This document shows, one piece after another, positions 27,001 to 39,800 of a DNA stretch of 64,000 bases. The translations under genes and the position numbers were made by a program. Below the pieces are notes generated by a model. That model had not been told where the DNA came from and did not search any database. It worked only from the letters and a program-made list of their open reading frames with translations. Every line of letters starts with the position of its first letter. Position 1 is the stretch's first letter. Source of the DNA: Octopus sinensis (Eukaryota). The stretch is from assembly GCF_006345805.1 (NCBI RefSeq), contig NC_043000.1:64728001-64792000 (forward strand), written 5' to 3'.

Positions 27001-30000
27001 GCTTCTTTTGCAGACTTTGTCATTAAAGGCACGTTTTCAAGCTCTTGGCTGTTCATATACACCAAAATAAATGGTAAACAGAAATTAGTTTTCATGTAAC
27101 AATATATTTTAAAATGTATATTTTAAATGTCTAGATGACATTTCAGGAAGCCATTTGAGGAAAGTATTTCTTAGAGCCAGAACAGATATCTTCCTTTCAT
27201 TAAAAGAAAAAAAAATTAACAATTTCATTAAATATTATATTTTGTTATAAATATTTATATTTTTATTCAAGAACTTGGATATCTCAAAGAATTGCCATAA
27301 AGAAAAATCACTATGAACTAACTTTATACAATGTAATTTCTGTGAAGAATCAGTGAGATGTAATTTAATATAGTTATTTTAAGATATTATGAGACATAAT
27401 AATAATTTTAAATATTCAAAAATATTAAGTTGGAGAGACATTTATTTAGTATAGCAGCTGAGTGCTTTGGTACAGTTTGCGTGGTATGAGGGGCGTTCAA
27501 TAAGTAATGCCTCTGACCCACTTGCAGTTGTTTGATCTAGCTGAAATTTTTCATGTGCAATTATTTATATCTCTATAGATTAAGTGGCAAATTACAGCTC
27601 TGAACTAATTGTGGTTTCTGATTTACAGGTGTTTGAACTGAGTCAAGTGTGAAACGGAGCCTGTTGAGTGTTGAGCAGTGATGCGGTTTTTGTATTTGAA
27701 AGGATGCACACCACGGGAGACTTTTGATGAAATAAAAGTAACTTATGATGATGATGCCCCATCATATGACCTTGTAAATGCTGGCATCGTGAATTCAAAC
27801 ATGGTCGGAACTTTGTGGAAACAGTTCCCAGATCTGGTAGCCCCCTTCTGCCATTGATGAGGCATCTGTCCGTCAAGTTGAGGCTGCCATTTTGGAAGAT
27901 CGACGCATAACTATTCGCCAAATAGCCCATGAGGTTAAGATTAGTACCAGGTCTGTGGAAACTATCATTCATGACCATTTGCATATGCAAAAGGTGTCTG
28001 CCAGATGGATTCCCAGGCTGCTCACACCCTTCCAGAAGCAAGAACGCGTCGATTGCACGAGGATCAATTTGAAGATGTGCCAAGAAGATGAGTCAAAATT
28101 TTTCAAAAGACTGATTACACAGGATGAAACCTGGGTCCATCACTATGATCCAGAGACCAAAGCCAGTCAATGCAGTAGAAGCACCGTGACTCACCTCCTC
28201 CAAAGAAGGCAAGGGTGCAGCCCTCCGCTGGCAAGGTCATGCTCACAGTCTTCTGGGACCAGGACGGAGTAATGATGACAGATTTCTTGGCAAAGGGTGC
28301 CACAATTACAGGAGTCTATTATGCTTCACTTTTGAGGAAATTAAGAGAAGCTATCAAAATCAAGAGGCAGGGCAAGATCAGCAAAGGCATCCTCCTCCTG
28401 CAGGACAACGCTCCGATCCACAACTCGCGTGTCGCCAGATCAGAAGCACAGGCGTGCGGCTATGAACTCATCCCCCATTCTCCCTACTCTCCTGACCTGC
28501 ACCCTCTGATTTTCACCTCTTCCCAGCCATGAAGTTGTTTTTGAAAGGAAAGCGTTTCCCAGATGATGCAGCCTTGATTTCTGAAGTCACGTCGTGGTTG
28601 GAGGACCAAGCTGGGGTCTTCTACAAAAACGGTCTTGAGAGCTGCATCAAACGATGGGAGAAATGCGTAACTCTGGGTGGTTCCTATGTAGAAAAAGACT
28701 AATAACTGTGCCAAGTTTCGTTGCTCTACTGCTATGGGAAGTGGGTCAGGGGCATTACTTATTGAACGCCCCTCGTAGCAGTACAGGAGAAGAACAAGGC
28801 CCACAACACCTACAAGACTACTAATCAAAATGATGTTTTCATTATTTACCAACTGCTGCTGATCCTTCAAGTCCCCTGCCATGAGGATTTGTCGACTTTG
28901 AGGTAACTTCTTACTCTTACCTCTCAACCATGATAACAACTCCTTAAGCACTACTATCAAAGAAAAATCTTCCACATTTGTCTACAACTCCACACTGCAC
29001 ACACTCAGCAAAGCTGCTGTCTCACCACACTTCTGGTCACTCAAAGCCAGTAATGCTACCAGCCCTGACAATGCTCTTTCATTTGTCTTCAAATGATCAA
29101 AGTAGAGAAAGTTCATATCAGTATTAAATATTTCAATCATTCTCTCTATGTAGAGCTAATCCAATCTTTGGAAACATACTAGTATTCATAAAAAGGGCAA
29201 ACTTTCTAACCTTGCCAACCTACTGCTCCCACTATTTCTCTCACTATCGCATATAAAACATGATGGAAGCAGTTGCAAGCAATAACCTTCTCCAATATCT
29301 CAAATCACACACTCTTTCTCTCTTCATTGACTATGATTGTTTTTTTTTAGACTCCAGATCTCGGAATCTGCTCTTCCATATTACAAATGGTACTTTGTCC
29401 TAAAGATGTTCAGCAAAAGTAATGTTGCTTCATTGGACATCTGCAAAACCTTTAACCATGTCTAGCATGAGAGATTATGCTTACTATATGGAATTAATTT
29501 GTCTTGTTCTTTGGATTACTGTGTGCACTGACTCTCTCTGATGCAAATGAACAACTCTGATGTAGCACAAAGCATGATTATGTGCCCCAAAACACTTCCA
29601 GTTCTCATTCTTACTTATAACACACAATTCTGTAACCGTTAACACATAAGCATTACCTTACCAAAATACAACCTAGATATCTCACACTGAACCAGAAATC
29701 CTCTTTGAACAAAGACATCAAAACCTTCTTCAGCAAGGAACAAGACAATCTAGTCTCCTTCAAAAGCACAAAACAAAATCACAGGCCAGATCAAGGAAGC
29801 AACCTTGTAGTTTGCTTTCTCCAAGATTAGACCAAATGCAATCAAAACCCCTTAAAATGGCTACTCAATGATTCTTCCTAGAGACCCCTATATACATAAC
29901 ATAGTTGAATTTGTATCCCAGAGACTAGACATCCCCTTCAGGGTCAGAAAATATTTCACTTCTGATCAATAGTTGACCCTCTACAAAGTTTGAGTAAAAC

Positions 30001-32397
30001 CCATAATGGAATACTGCCCCCACATCTAAGACACAAACATTAGACCCCTACTATCATCAATAAAAATGCCATCCAACTGATTCACCAAGACACTACAAAA
30101 TTCTGATCTACAGATATGCTGGCTCATCACTATTCTCTCACCATTACAACAATGTTCCTCTGAATTAGTTTCTTACATGCATTATCTCCTTCAGATCCAC
30201 CTATCACCTCTTGTTATATCTCTGTCCCTAATTCTCATATGAACAACTCCTCCCAACCCTTCCTCTTCACAATATGATCACTCTGGAATTCCCTCTCAGT
30301 CCCTATTTTTCCTGCAGATATTGACTTACTGAAGTCTGAACAACTGTATAAATTTCATTAGTCTTGGATGGCCTGCAAATGTAGGCACTGGTTTTCCTCA
30401 GACTAAGACAAGAAATATATAGTTTGTTGCTGAGATTATCGACATATTCCTATACTTAACATTGTGACTTTAAATGAGATAATGTGATATGATTATCATA
30501 ATACCCATAGACAGCACTGTGCAAACTTGTGTAGCATTAAAATTTCTGAGATACTTAGATATCAAGTCTTGTTTTTACTTTGAAATCCCAATATAATGAG
30601 AAGGGAATATTATAATATATTAGTATATTATATGATTACATTGCTTTCTAGATTTACTTAACTTCAGTTTAATTCACTGAAAAACAAGGATTTTCCAAAA
30701 TAAGTTGGAGTTATCTTGTAGTGACTTAGTCTTAGATATACAAAAAAACAGGATGGTCATGGTTTTGGTCAATCAGAACTGAGCTGGAGTTAAACAGTGA
30801 CAACTCAGAATTATTTTGTTAATTCTAAGAAATCTATTCCAGCTCCAGGACACCTATACCTGTAAATTATACAAACATGAACTAAAGCTATGTGAGACAC
30901 AGGTCTGGAGAAATATATATGGAAATCAGAAGTTATACTGTTTAACTCTTTTAGTATTTAAGCCAGCTATATCCATCTCAAATAATTGACCTATTTTATG
31001 CTAAAGCCAGCCAGATCAGGCCTCTCACATTTATCCTACAGAGTCATAACAATAAACAATCACATCATTGAAATCTTGAAGCTAGTGCATGATTAATTCA
31101 AAACAAAATGAATAAATAAGAATTACACTTAATTGAAAAAATGAAATAAAAAAATAATCAAAATTTATTTATTAACTCACAATCTTTTCTGAAGATCATG
31201 CATCATAGTCATCACATCTGCTTTTGTAACCTCAAAAAATTCATCAGGAAGATCTATAATACAGAAAGTGTCATTTTTACTCCTTTCCTGTACATATGTT
31301 TATATAAGTACACAATCTATGATATTTCAATTAATTTTGAAAATCAAGTTTTTGGAGGAAATTAGTAAACTAACTGCCCTAATTAAGGTGGTGCTTGGAA
31401 TGTATCTTAAAAGGTTCTGACATTAAACTATAAAATGGAAAGTTTTAATTTAAATATGAATACTTTAAAACAGGAAGTTTTGTATCATGGAACACAAAGA
31501 AATCTCTGGAGAGTTGGTATCAAAAAGGGCTTAAAATAGTGAAACTTTATGGTAAAGGAATGTTTTCAAAACAGATTAATAACATTTGAATAAAAAGGTA
31601 GCAAACTTTTTAAATTGAATTACTTACATTAAATAATAAAAAAAAAGGATTATTTTTTAAATAGTCAAGAGATGTCAAAGGACCAAGATACCTGGCACCT
31701 CTGCATCCTCTGGTGAAGAGGATTGACCTGTAAGAGTCTGTGCTGGTGCCACACACAAACACCTATGCTGGTACCATGTTAAAAGCACCCAGCAGCTTAC
31801 ACAGTAAAGTGGTTGGTGTTAGGAAGGGCAGCCAGCTGTAGAAATCAAGCCAAACCAAACAAACCTGGTGCACCTCTCTGGCTTGCCAGCTCTGGTCAAT
31901 CCATCCAACCCATGCCCGCTTGGAAAACGGAAAGATGATGATGATGAATATTCCAAGATAATTATTGGTAATTATCTATCTCTAAGAGATGAAAGGACAA
32001 GCTAACCCTGTATGAATTTAAACTTAGAATGTACAATATTTAGTTTAATCCATTTATATTTGAAATTTAAATGTAGCAGGGCAGAAGTTTCGCCTTTCTT
32101 CCTTCTGAGATTGATAAAATAAGTATTACTCAAATAGTAAGGTCGATCTAGTAAAATGTACTCTTATTTTCCTTTTGCATTACTTGTGGCATTGTTCCTG
32201 TATAAGAAATTACTATTATTACAACCTAGAGGAAGGGGAAACATTGGTATTAACTTACCTTCATATGTAGTTTGTTCATTTTCCTTTTCACCTTGATAAA
32301 ATATCAGAGTATTTCGTTCAGGTATCTATAAGTAAAAATGAGAGAGATAATGTATATACATATGTATGTATGTGTGTGTATGTGTATATATGTGTGC

Positions 32398-32431
<34 letters not shown>

Positions 32432-35400
32432 CTGGAAATTCCTACGAGACAGCTTACTGAGTGCCACAGACCAAGTCTGTGGCTGGTGCAAAGTCCCTTC
32501 CAGACCTAGAGTTACGTGGTGGTAGAATAGTACGGTAGACAAAGCCGTTAGGGCAAAGAAACAGGCCTGGAAGGATGGGGGTAGCAGGGAAGGGTACCAT
32601 GTAGCCAGAAGAGAGGCTGGGTGGCAGGTATACATAGCCAAGAGCGAAGCGGAAAAGAAGTTTGCCGATGTCCAGAGACGTGAGGACAAGAACTGAGGTA
32701 TTTCGGATTGCAAGACTGTGTGAAAGAAAATTGTGATGTCACAGGAGAGAAATGTGTTCGAATGGATGATGGTGCATTTGCTTTTAGTGCTTGGAGAAGC
32801 CATTATGAAAGACTGCTGAATGTGGAGAATGAATGGGAGGAGGAGAGCCTGCCAAGTGTTGACCCAGTAGAGGGACCAGCTATCCGTATAGATAGCTCCC
32901 TAGCAGACAAAGCAATTAGAGGTATGAAGCCAGGAAAAGCCCCTAGCCCATCAGGAATCACTGCTGAGATGCTTAAAACATCAGGTGGTACGGGCTATGG
33001 CCTAGTCACCCGCATTGTAAACCAGGTTGTTCATGATGGAGTCATACCCAACAACTGGCGTAGCAGTACCATAGTCAACTGCTACAAGGGTAAAGGTGAT
33101 GCTCTAGATATAAATAACTATAGGGGTATCAAACTGCTGGATCAGATAATGAAGGTTATGGAGAGGGTCATAGCCCAACTTATTAGGGAGAGAGTCAACT
33201 TGGATGAGATGCAGTTCGGTTTTGTGCTGGGTAGAAGCACCACTGATGCCATATTCCTGGCTCAACAACTGCAGGAGAGATACCTAGCCAAAGATAAACC
33301 CCTATACTTAGCTTTTGTGGACTTGGCGAAAGCCTTTGACAGGGTCCCCTGATCCCTTATCTGGTGGGCGATGCGGAAACTGGAGATTGACGAATGGTTA
33401 ATAAGGGCTGTACAGGCCCTTTACAGAGAGGCTGTTAGTAAGGTTAGGATTGGCAATGAGTACAGTGAAGAATTCCGGGTAGAAGTTGGCGTCCACCAAG
33501 GCTCAGACCTCAGTCCCCTTCTATTCATCATAATCCTCCAGGCAATAACAGAGGAATTCAAGACGGGTTGCCCCTGGGAGCTCCTCTATGCTGATGACCT
33601 AGCCCTCATAGCAGAATCACTACCAGAACTAGAGAAGAAATTTCATGTGTGAAAGCTAGGTTTAGAATCAAAAGGCCTTAGAGTCAATGTAGCAAAGTCC
33701 AAAGTTCTAGTAAGTAGGAAGGCAAACTCACCACACACCCCTTCAGATAGGTGGCCCTGCTTAATCTGTAGAAAAGGTGTAGGTAAACTCCATAAGATGT
33801 ACCCAGTGTAAGCTATGGACACATAAAAGGTGCAGCAACATCAAAGAAAAATTAACTGAGAAGATAGCTTTCGTGTGCAGCAGATGCACAGGGGCAATAG
33901 ACACCATTGATACTCAGACAACAGATTCCATTACACTCCTGAGGAAGAAACTAGTAGTTGATAGTTTCTGCTACCTAGGTGATCAAGTTAGTAGCGGGGG
34001 GTGGATGCTCAGAGAGTGTTACCACTAGAATAAGAATAGCCTGGGCAAAGTTTAGGAAGCTTCTACCCCTACTGGCAACAAAGGTGGTTTTACATGTTAC
34101 TGCACGGGTGCTTTTACATTTTGCTGCATGGGCGCTTTTACAAGTCACGGCATGGACACTTAACGTGTCACCACATGGGCATTTCTACATGTTGCCACAC
34201 AGGTGCTATTATGTGTTACCACACAGGTGCTATTATATGCTGTCGCATGGGCACTTTTAGGTGACATTGCACAGGCACTTTTACTTGGCAACTCCAAATC
34301 ATCAAATCTTATTTTACAAAACGAATTTTCACAGTAACCAGAGCCCTAAGAATATTGAATTGCAAACAAATTAAGCAATACACTCTCTTACTCAGGGTGC
34401 TTTTTAAAAACTCTCAGTTGTCGGAGTTGGACAAGTTTTAGTGCTCAGAAAAGAAATAACAGAAAAAGAAAACTTCAAATAATTACTAAACCTTTTAAAT
34501 AGAGTAAATAAACTAAACAATAACAAAAGTTATTTCAATAAAGAGGAAAAAAAAACTTACCTGAAAATCATCACTTTCTTTATCACTAAAAACAATAAAA
34601 AAAAACTGTAGAATAAAAATATCGAGTAAGTTAAAAATACCTATGTCAACATGAGTGAAAAAACTTTTGTAAATTTTGAATATGGGCATATGAATTGGAG
34701 CATTCATTTTTTGGTATGATAATCTTTCAAGAAACTTATTTATAGCTAGACACACAAGAAATATTGTGATTTATCAATGATAAGAAAAAAAAAAATTTAA
34801 GATTTGAATTACATAACTTTGTTGTCATTGATCCTACCAAATTTATCACTATAAAGTGAAAGAAAGTAAAAAACAAAAAGGAATGGGGAGCAGTTTATTT
34901 GGAAATTTAGATTCAAAATAAAAATGAGCATGATACCTATTAGAAAATGTTACTGAAGATAATCAATGCAAGTGCCCAGAGAAATTCAGAACCCAAATTA
35001 AACATGTAATAGAGACCTAAAGACCCAATATGATAATAATATAAAAAGCATAGCTGAGTGGTTAAGAAACCAGCTTTCCAACTATGTGGTTTCAGGGTCA
35101 ATCCCACCATGCAGCACTTTAGGCATATGTCATTTACTGCAGCCTTATGCTGATCAAAAAAGAAAATACCTAAAAGCCAATACAGAAGTGGAACATGAAA
35201 TAAAATACATATGAAAATATGTGCAAATCATTTATTAAAACAAATCTAAGCTAATAAATTTTTTATAATGTTTTTTCGTGTCTTGGAACCACTTACTGTT
35301 TTTGTGGAAGCGCGTGACTTAGTGGGTAGGGTGTTGGACTTATGATCGTAACATTGTGGTTTCAATCCCTGGACCAGGCAACACGTGTTCTTGAGCAAAA

Positions 35401-36741
35401 CACTTCATTTCACACTGCTCTAGTTCACTCATCTGGCAAAAATGAATAATCCTGCGACAGACTGACGACCTGTCCCAGTGGGGAATTTATATGCCATGAA
35501 ACTGGAAAGCTGGCTCTTGTGAATCGGTACGACTCGAGAAGGTAACTTTAACTTACCTATGCTTGTCATATGAAAAAGTTAATATTATTTCTCATAAAGC
35601 CTCAGGTGGCAGAGAAGATGATACTTGTATCTTTCCCAATGGTATTAGAATTGCAAGTGAAGTAATTCCAAATGGGGAGGGAAGAAGACAGGGAACCAGT
35701 ACTGGTTTGCTGGGAACTTGCTGCTGTTACATGATATCAGTGTTGTAATAATTAATGATATACCTACAGTATTGATTTCTTAGAAAAGATCTAAATATCT
35801 TGTCTCATGTTCCTCTTAATTTATTATATTGCTATCAGTAAAAGGGTAAAGACCCCACTTTGTTCATGAATGACCATGGGATTGCACCTAGAAAGTTATC
35901 CTCTGAGGCACAAATCTAGGTAAGGTTTTTTTAATGGAAGACCAGCAGTCATCCATGCATATCAGCCTCCCCTCTCCACACCACCGATGTTATCTAAAGG
36001 ATGATATCCAAAGGCTGATACAGCTTGACATCAGTGATATCACAACACATTTCAAGAATTGAGAAAATTGGAGTTACATGAAATAAAGCATCTTACTTAA
36101 GAACACGACACACAGCTGGTTTGGGAATCAAACTCACTACCTCATGATTGTGAGCCCGAATCTCTAACCACTGAACCCAGCAGGGCTAAGACATGAACCT
36201 ATATAATAATTTTCCATCAAGAGGTCCAAATGACCTCTCTTGATGGAAAATTATTGCTAACAAATAGAAAAATATTTGAATTATCAAATAAAGAGATAGA
36301 CGTCATAATAGTAAATAGTAAGAACATTGCAGAGTGGATTGTCAATGATCACATACATACAAGACACTGTTTCTGTCCCTCCATTATATTTTAGCCTCTT
36401 ACCACTTGGCATAAAGCCACTCCGTCTCTACTACCCACTCAGTAAAAGAAGCTTTTTGTTTTGCAAGTTACCTCACTAGTGCTATGAAAAAAAAAGTGGT
36501 TGGTGTTAAAGAAGGTCATCTAGCCATAGAAACTATCAAAACAGACATAAAGCTTGATACAGTCCTCCAGTGTTTTGGGTCCTATTGAACCTTCCAACCC
36601 ATGTCAGCATGGAAGGTAGATGTTAAATGATAATTATATATCATCATCATCATTTAACATCTGTTTCATGTACTGGCATGGATTGGATGGTTCTCCCTCT
36701 TCCACAACTTCCTCCCACTTTAAGTGACTGGCACTTTATAT

Positions 36742-36814
<73 letters not shown>

Positions 36815-39800
36815 TATATATATATAAAGAAAGAGAGGAGGGTTCTCCACCTGTTGAATGATGGGGATTCAGTTGTCTAATCAATCAAATTACTTGCTCT
36901 TTATATGTATGTGAATCTGAGGTTAGCGTAAGTAGCTGACCATAGACACATACATTTAGCATAAATAAATCTTCAGCAGAATCAGAGAGACATTGTTAAT
37001 GATATTTTACATATATCTGTTGTCAAGCACTTGCAACCAAGTATGTCTTTAAAACTACTACCCCATATTTAAAAGTTAGAACCAAATCTACACTTACCTC
37101 TCTTGAGAAGAATTTCTGTCTCGCAACTGAAAGAAGACATTATTGAAATAATTAAAAATAAAAGAAAATAGTATTAAAATTGGGAAAAAGAAAAACTATT
37201 AGTTACAAGATAGTAGTTTATTTTTTAAAAAAGTGTTAATTCCTTCAACTAAAATTATTCTCTTTGCTTTTATTTTTTCTGTTATTGTTACAGTGGTAAA
37301 TTTAGCATCCACATTTAAATGCAGGTTTGATTTGGAAAGGTCTTCAACACAGGCCCTTCCATGTATTTTAATTTAATATCATTTATCATCAGTGAGGCCT
37401 AACATTCTGACCTTACTACATATTCTTCAATATTTTTCTTGTTGGTGTACTGCAGTTTTTCAACATCCACTGTTTTTATCTGTTCTCAGAGACATGCAAT
37501 ACTAATTACTAACATATTTGTCTGGAAGTCTGGAAGAAATGGTTCCAGGGAGAGAGATAACTGGTAGCACAAAAGGAAATACAATATGTGTAGTTCTGCT
37601 CTCATAATTACAGCAACATCTCTGTGTAGAAGTTAATCAAGCTGAGGTGAGTTAAAATTATAACAGTTCAGACTATCTGGGAAGAAACATTTCTTACATA
37701 TTTACATCTACTTCAGATATAAATATTAATTCCTAGAGATAGAATTCAAACTTACTGCAAGTCATTTGTGTTTTTCTGGGAGAAATATTTTATCATTTCC
37801 TATCAAGAATATATACTAGATCAATGGAGTTCACATGTAGACTATAAACCACCAATCACATGGCTTGAGTTGCCATTCAACCTGGACTCTGGTTTTGATG
37901 CCAATTATGAGCTAATTTTGGTTGTTTGTATGCAAAGCTGGTTGTGTATTTTGTTTGATATGAGAATATGTGCAGGTACATGTATGTATAAAAAGAAGAA
38001 AAAAATCAAGTTTCATAATTACTTTTTGCTGCTGTTGTTGTTGTTGTTGAAGTGTAGACGTTCTCTGTTGATCATGCCACATCATTTCCTGTGAAGAAAT
38101 AAGATTTTCTTCATGCCCTGAGGATTGCACATTTGGTTGAGTCTCTGATACAGAACTATGTTCCCCTTGAGATATTTCCATCATACAATCAGAGGAGCTA
38201 TCACCAACATCCCTAACAGTTTCCATTTCCTTTTCAGTTTTTCTTTCTCTTAAATGTATGTCTGCTTTCGCTTCCACTTTTATCTTTTTGACAGCTTCCC
38301 TGTTGGTGTCCTGTACAATTTCATGATCAGTAGTGCCTTCAGTTTCTCCATGAACTAGCCTACACAGGAAATACAGTGAAGTCAGTTTTAGATTAGAACA
38401 TAAAATAACTAATCCTAAATAACAAAATTTCTTTCTGTCAAACATATGCAGACAATATCTTCATCATCATCTAAAGACCATTTTCCATAGTGGCATGGGT
38501 TGGATGGCTTGACAGAAACTGGCAGGGCTAAGGGCCACACCAAATGCCATAGTCTGTTTTGGTTTAGTTTCTACAGCTGGATGCCCTTAGTAACACCAAC
38601 CACTTTACAGAGTGTACTGGGTGCTTTTTACGTGGCACCAGCACTCACCCACACCAATGCTTTTTACATGGCATTTTGATTTTAGGATTTTAATTCTGTT
38701 CTGGTGGCTATGTCTTCTTGAGTATAGTATGTCAAAATGCTAAATTTTATAATAAAATTCTTATTATTCTTAAGCTACATGTTAGGTAGATTTGAAGCAT
38801 AAATATAATGTGAAAGTATCCGTGAGTCAAGAAGCTAGAATTCTTAATTATATCATTTAGTTCAGAGCATAGTTTATTGCAGAAGAAATTATAAACTATT
38901 AGTAGTATAGCACCTTTAATTTTACAGCCTAGTAATATTTGCAAATATGCATTTATAAAAAATACCTTATATGTAAAAGTTAGTATAAAACCCACACTAA
39001 CCTCTCATTGGCAAAATTTCTTTCTTGGAGCTGGAAGACACAATATTGTAATAATTAAAAATAAACAGAAAAATATAAAAAAAAAAAGAGGGTAAAAATG
39101 GAATTTAGTAGTTTTATAGAAAAGATAATTCCTTTAATTAGAACAAACTAGTCATCTTTGGTATTGCTGCTACAGTGGTAATTTTAACAATTAGGAAAGG
39201 TCTTCAACATAGCACTCTTCCATGAATTTCAATTTTATACTGTGCATCATCTGTGAGGACTAATGTTCTGACCTTACTACATATTCTCCACTACTTCTCG
39301 TCTGTGTTCTGCAGGTTTTTTTCTACATCCACCAAGAAACATGCAATGCAGATACCAGCACAATTGTCTGGATTTTATACAGAGTAAGTCAAAAGTAGCA
39401 CTGAGTTTCTGGGAAGTCATGCTTTTGTTGTTTTGCAGATTATTAATTAGTTTTGAAAGTTACTGAATCTGGATCATGTATCATTAATAACTCAACTTGC
39501 AGAACAAGAGTTAGGAATCAAAAGCATCTCCCAGTCATACATATCAATCCCAAAACAAGAATTGGGCACTACTTTTGACTCACACTGTATTTAAAGAAAT
39601 TCAGTAGATGTTTATCATTATCTCAATTCACTCGTCCTCAACTTTACTCAAAAGTTAGTTAACATTACTAATCTAACAATTTGCTCCTTTATAATTGCTG
39701 AAGCTCTTCCTCCTATTCAGTGCCTGTTTCTAATGTCTAAAGATGCAGTTCATAGTTTGAACTATTGTAATCTTAACAATAAGTCAGCTCAGATATTGAA

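Noticed and set aside
34085-34290. Repeat array superficially like a CRISPR
   Set aside because: Contiguous diverged units without unique spacers, eukaryotic context, no cas genes.
35557-35765. Minus-strand segment with GTAAGT donor inside a TUG intron, and plus ORF 35563-35748
   Set aside because: Minus frames all contain stops; phases are already satisfied without it; the plus ORF has no homology I recognise.
39170-39345. Duplicated block as a possible extra coding exon
   Set aside because: Frame differs between the two paralogous copies and stops follow quickly; treated as intronic.
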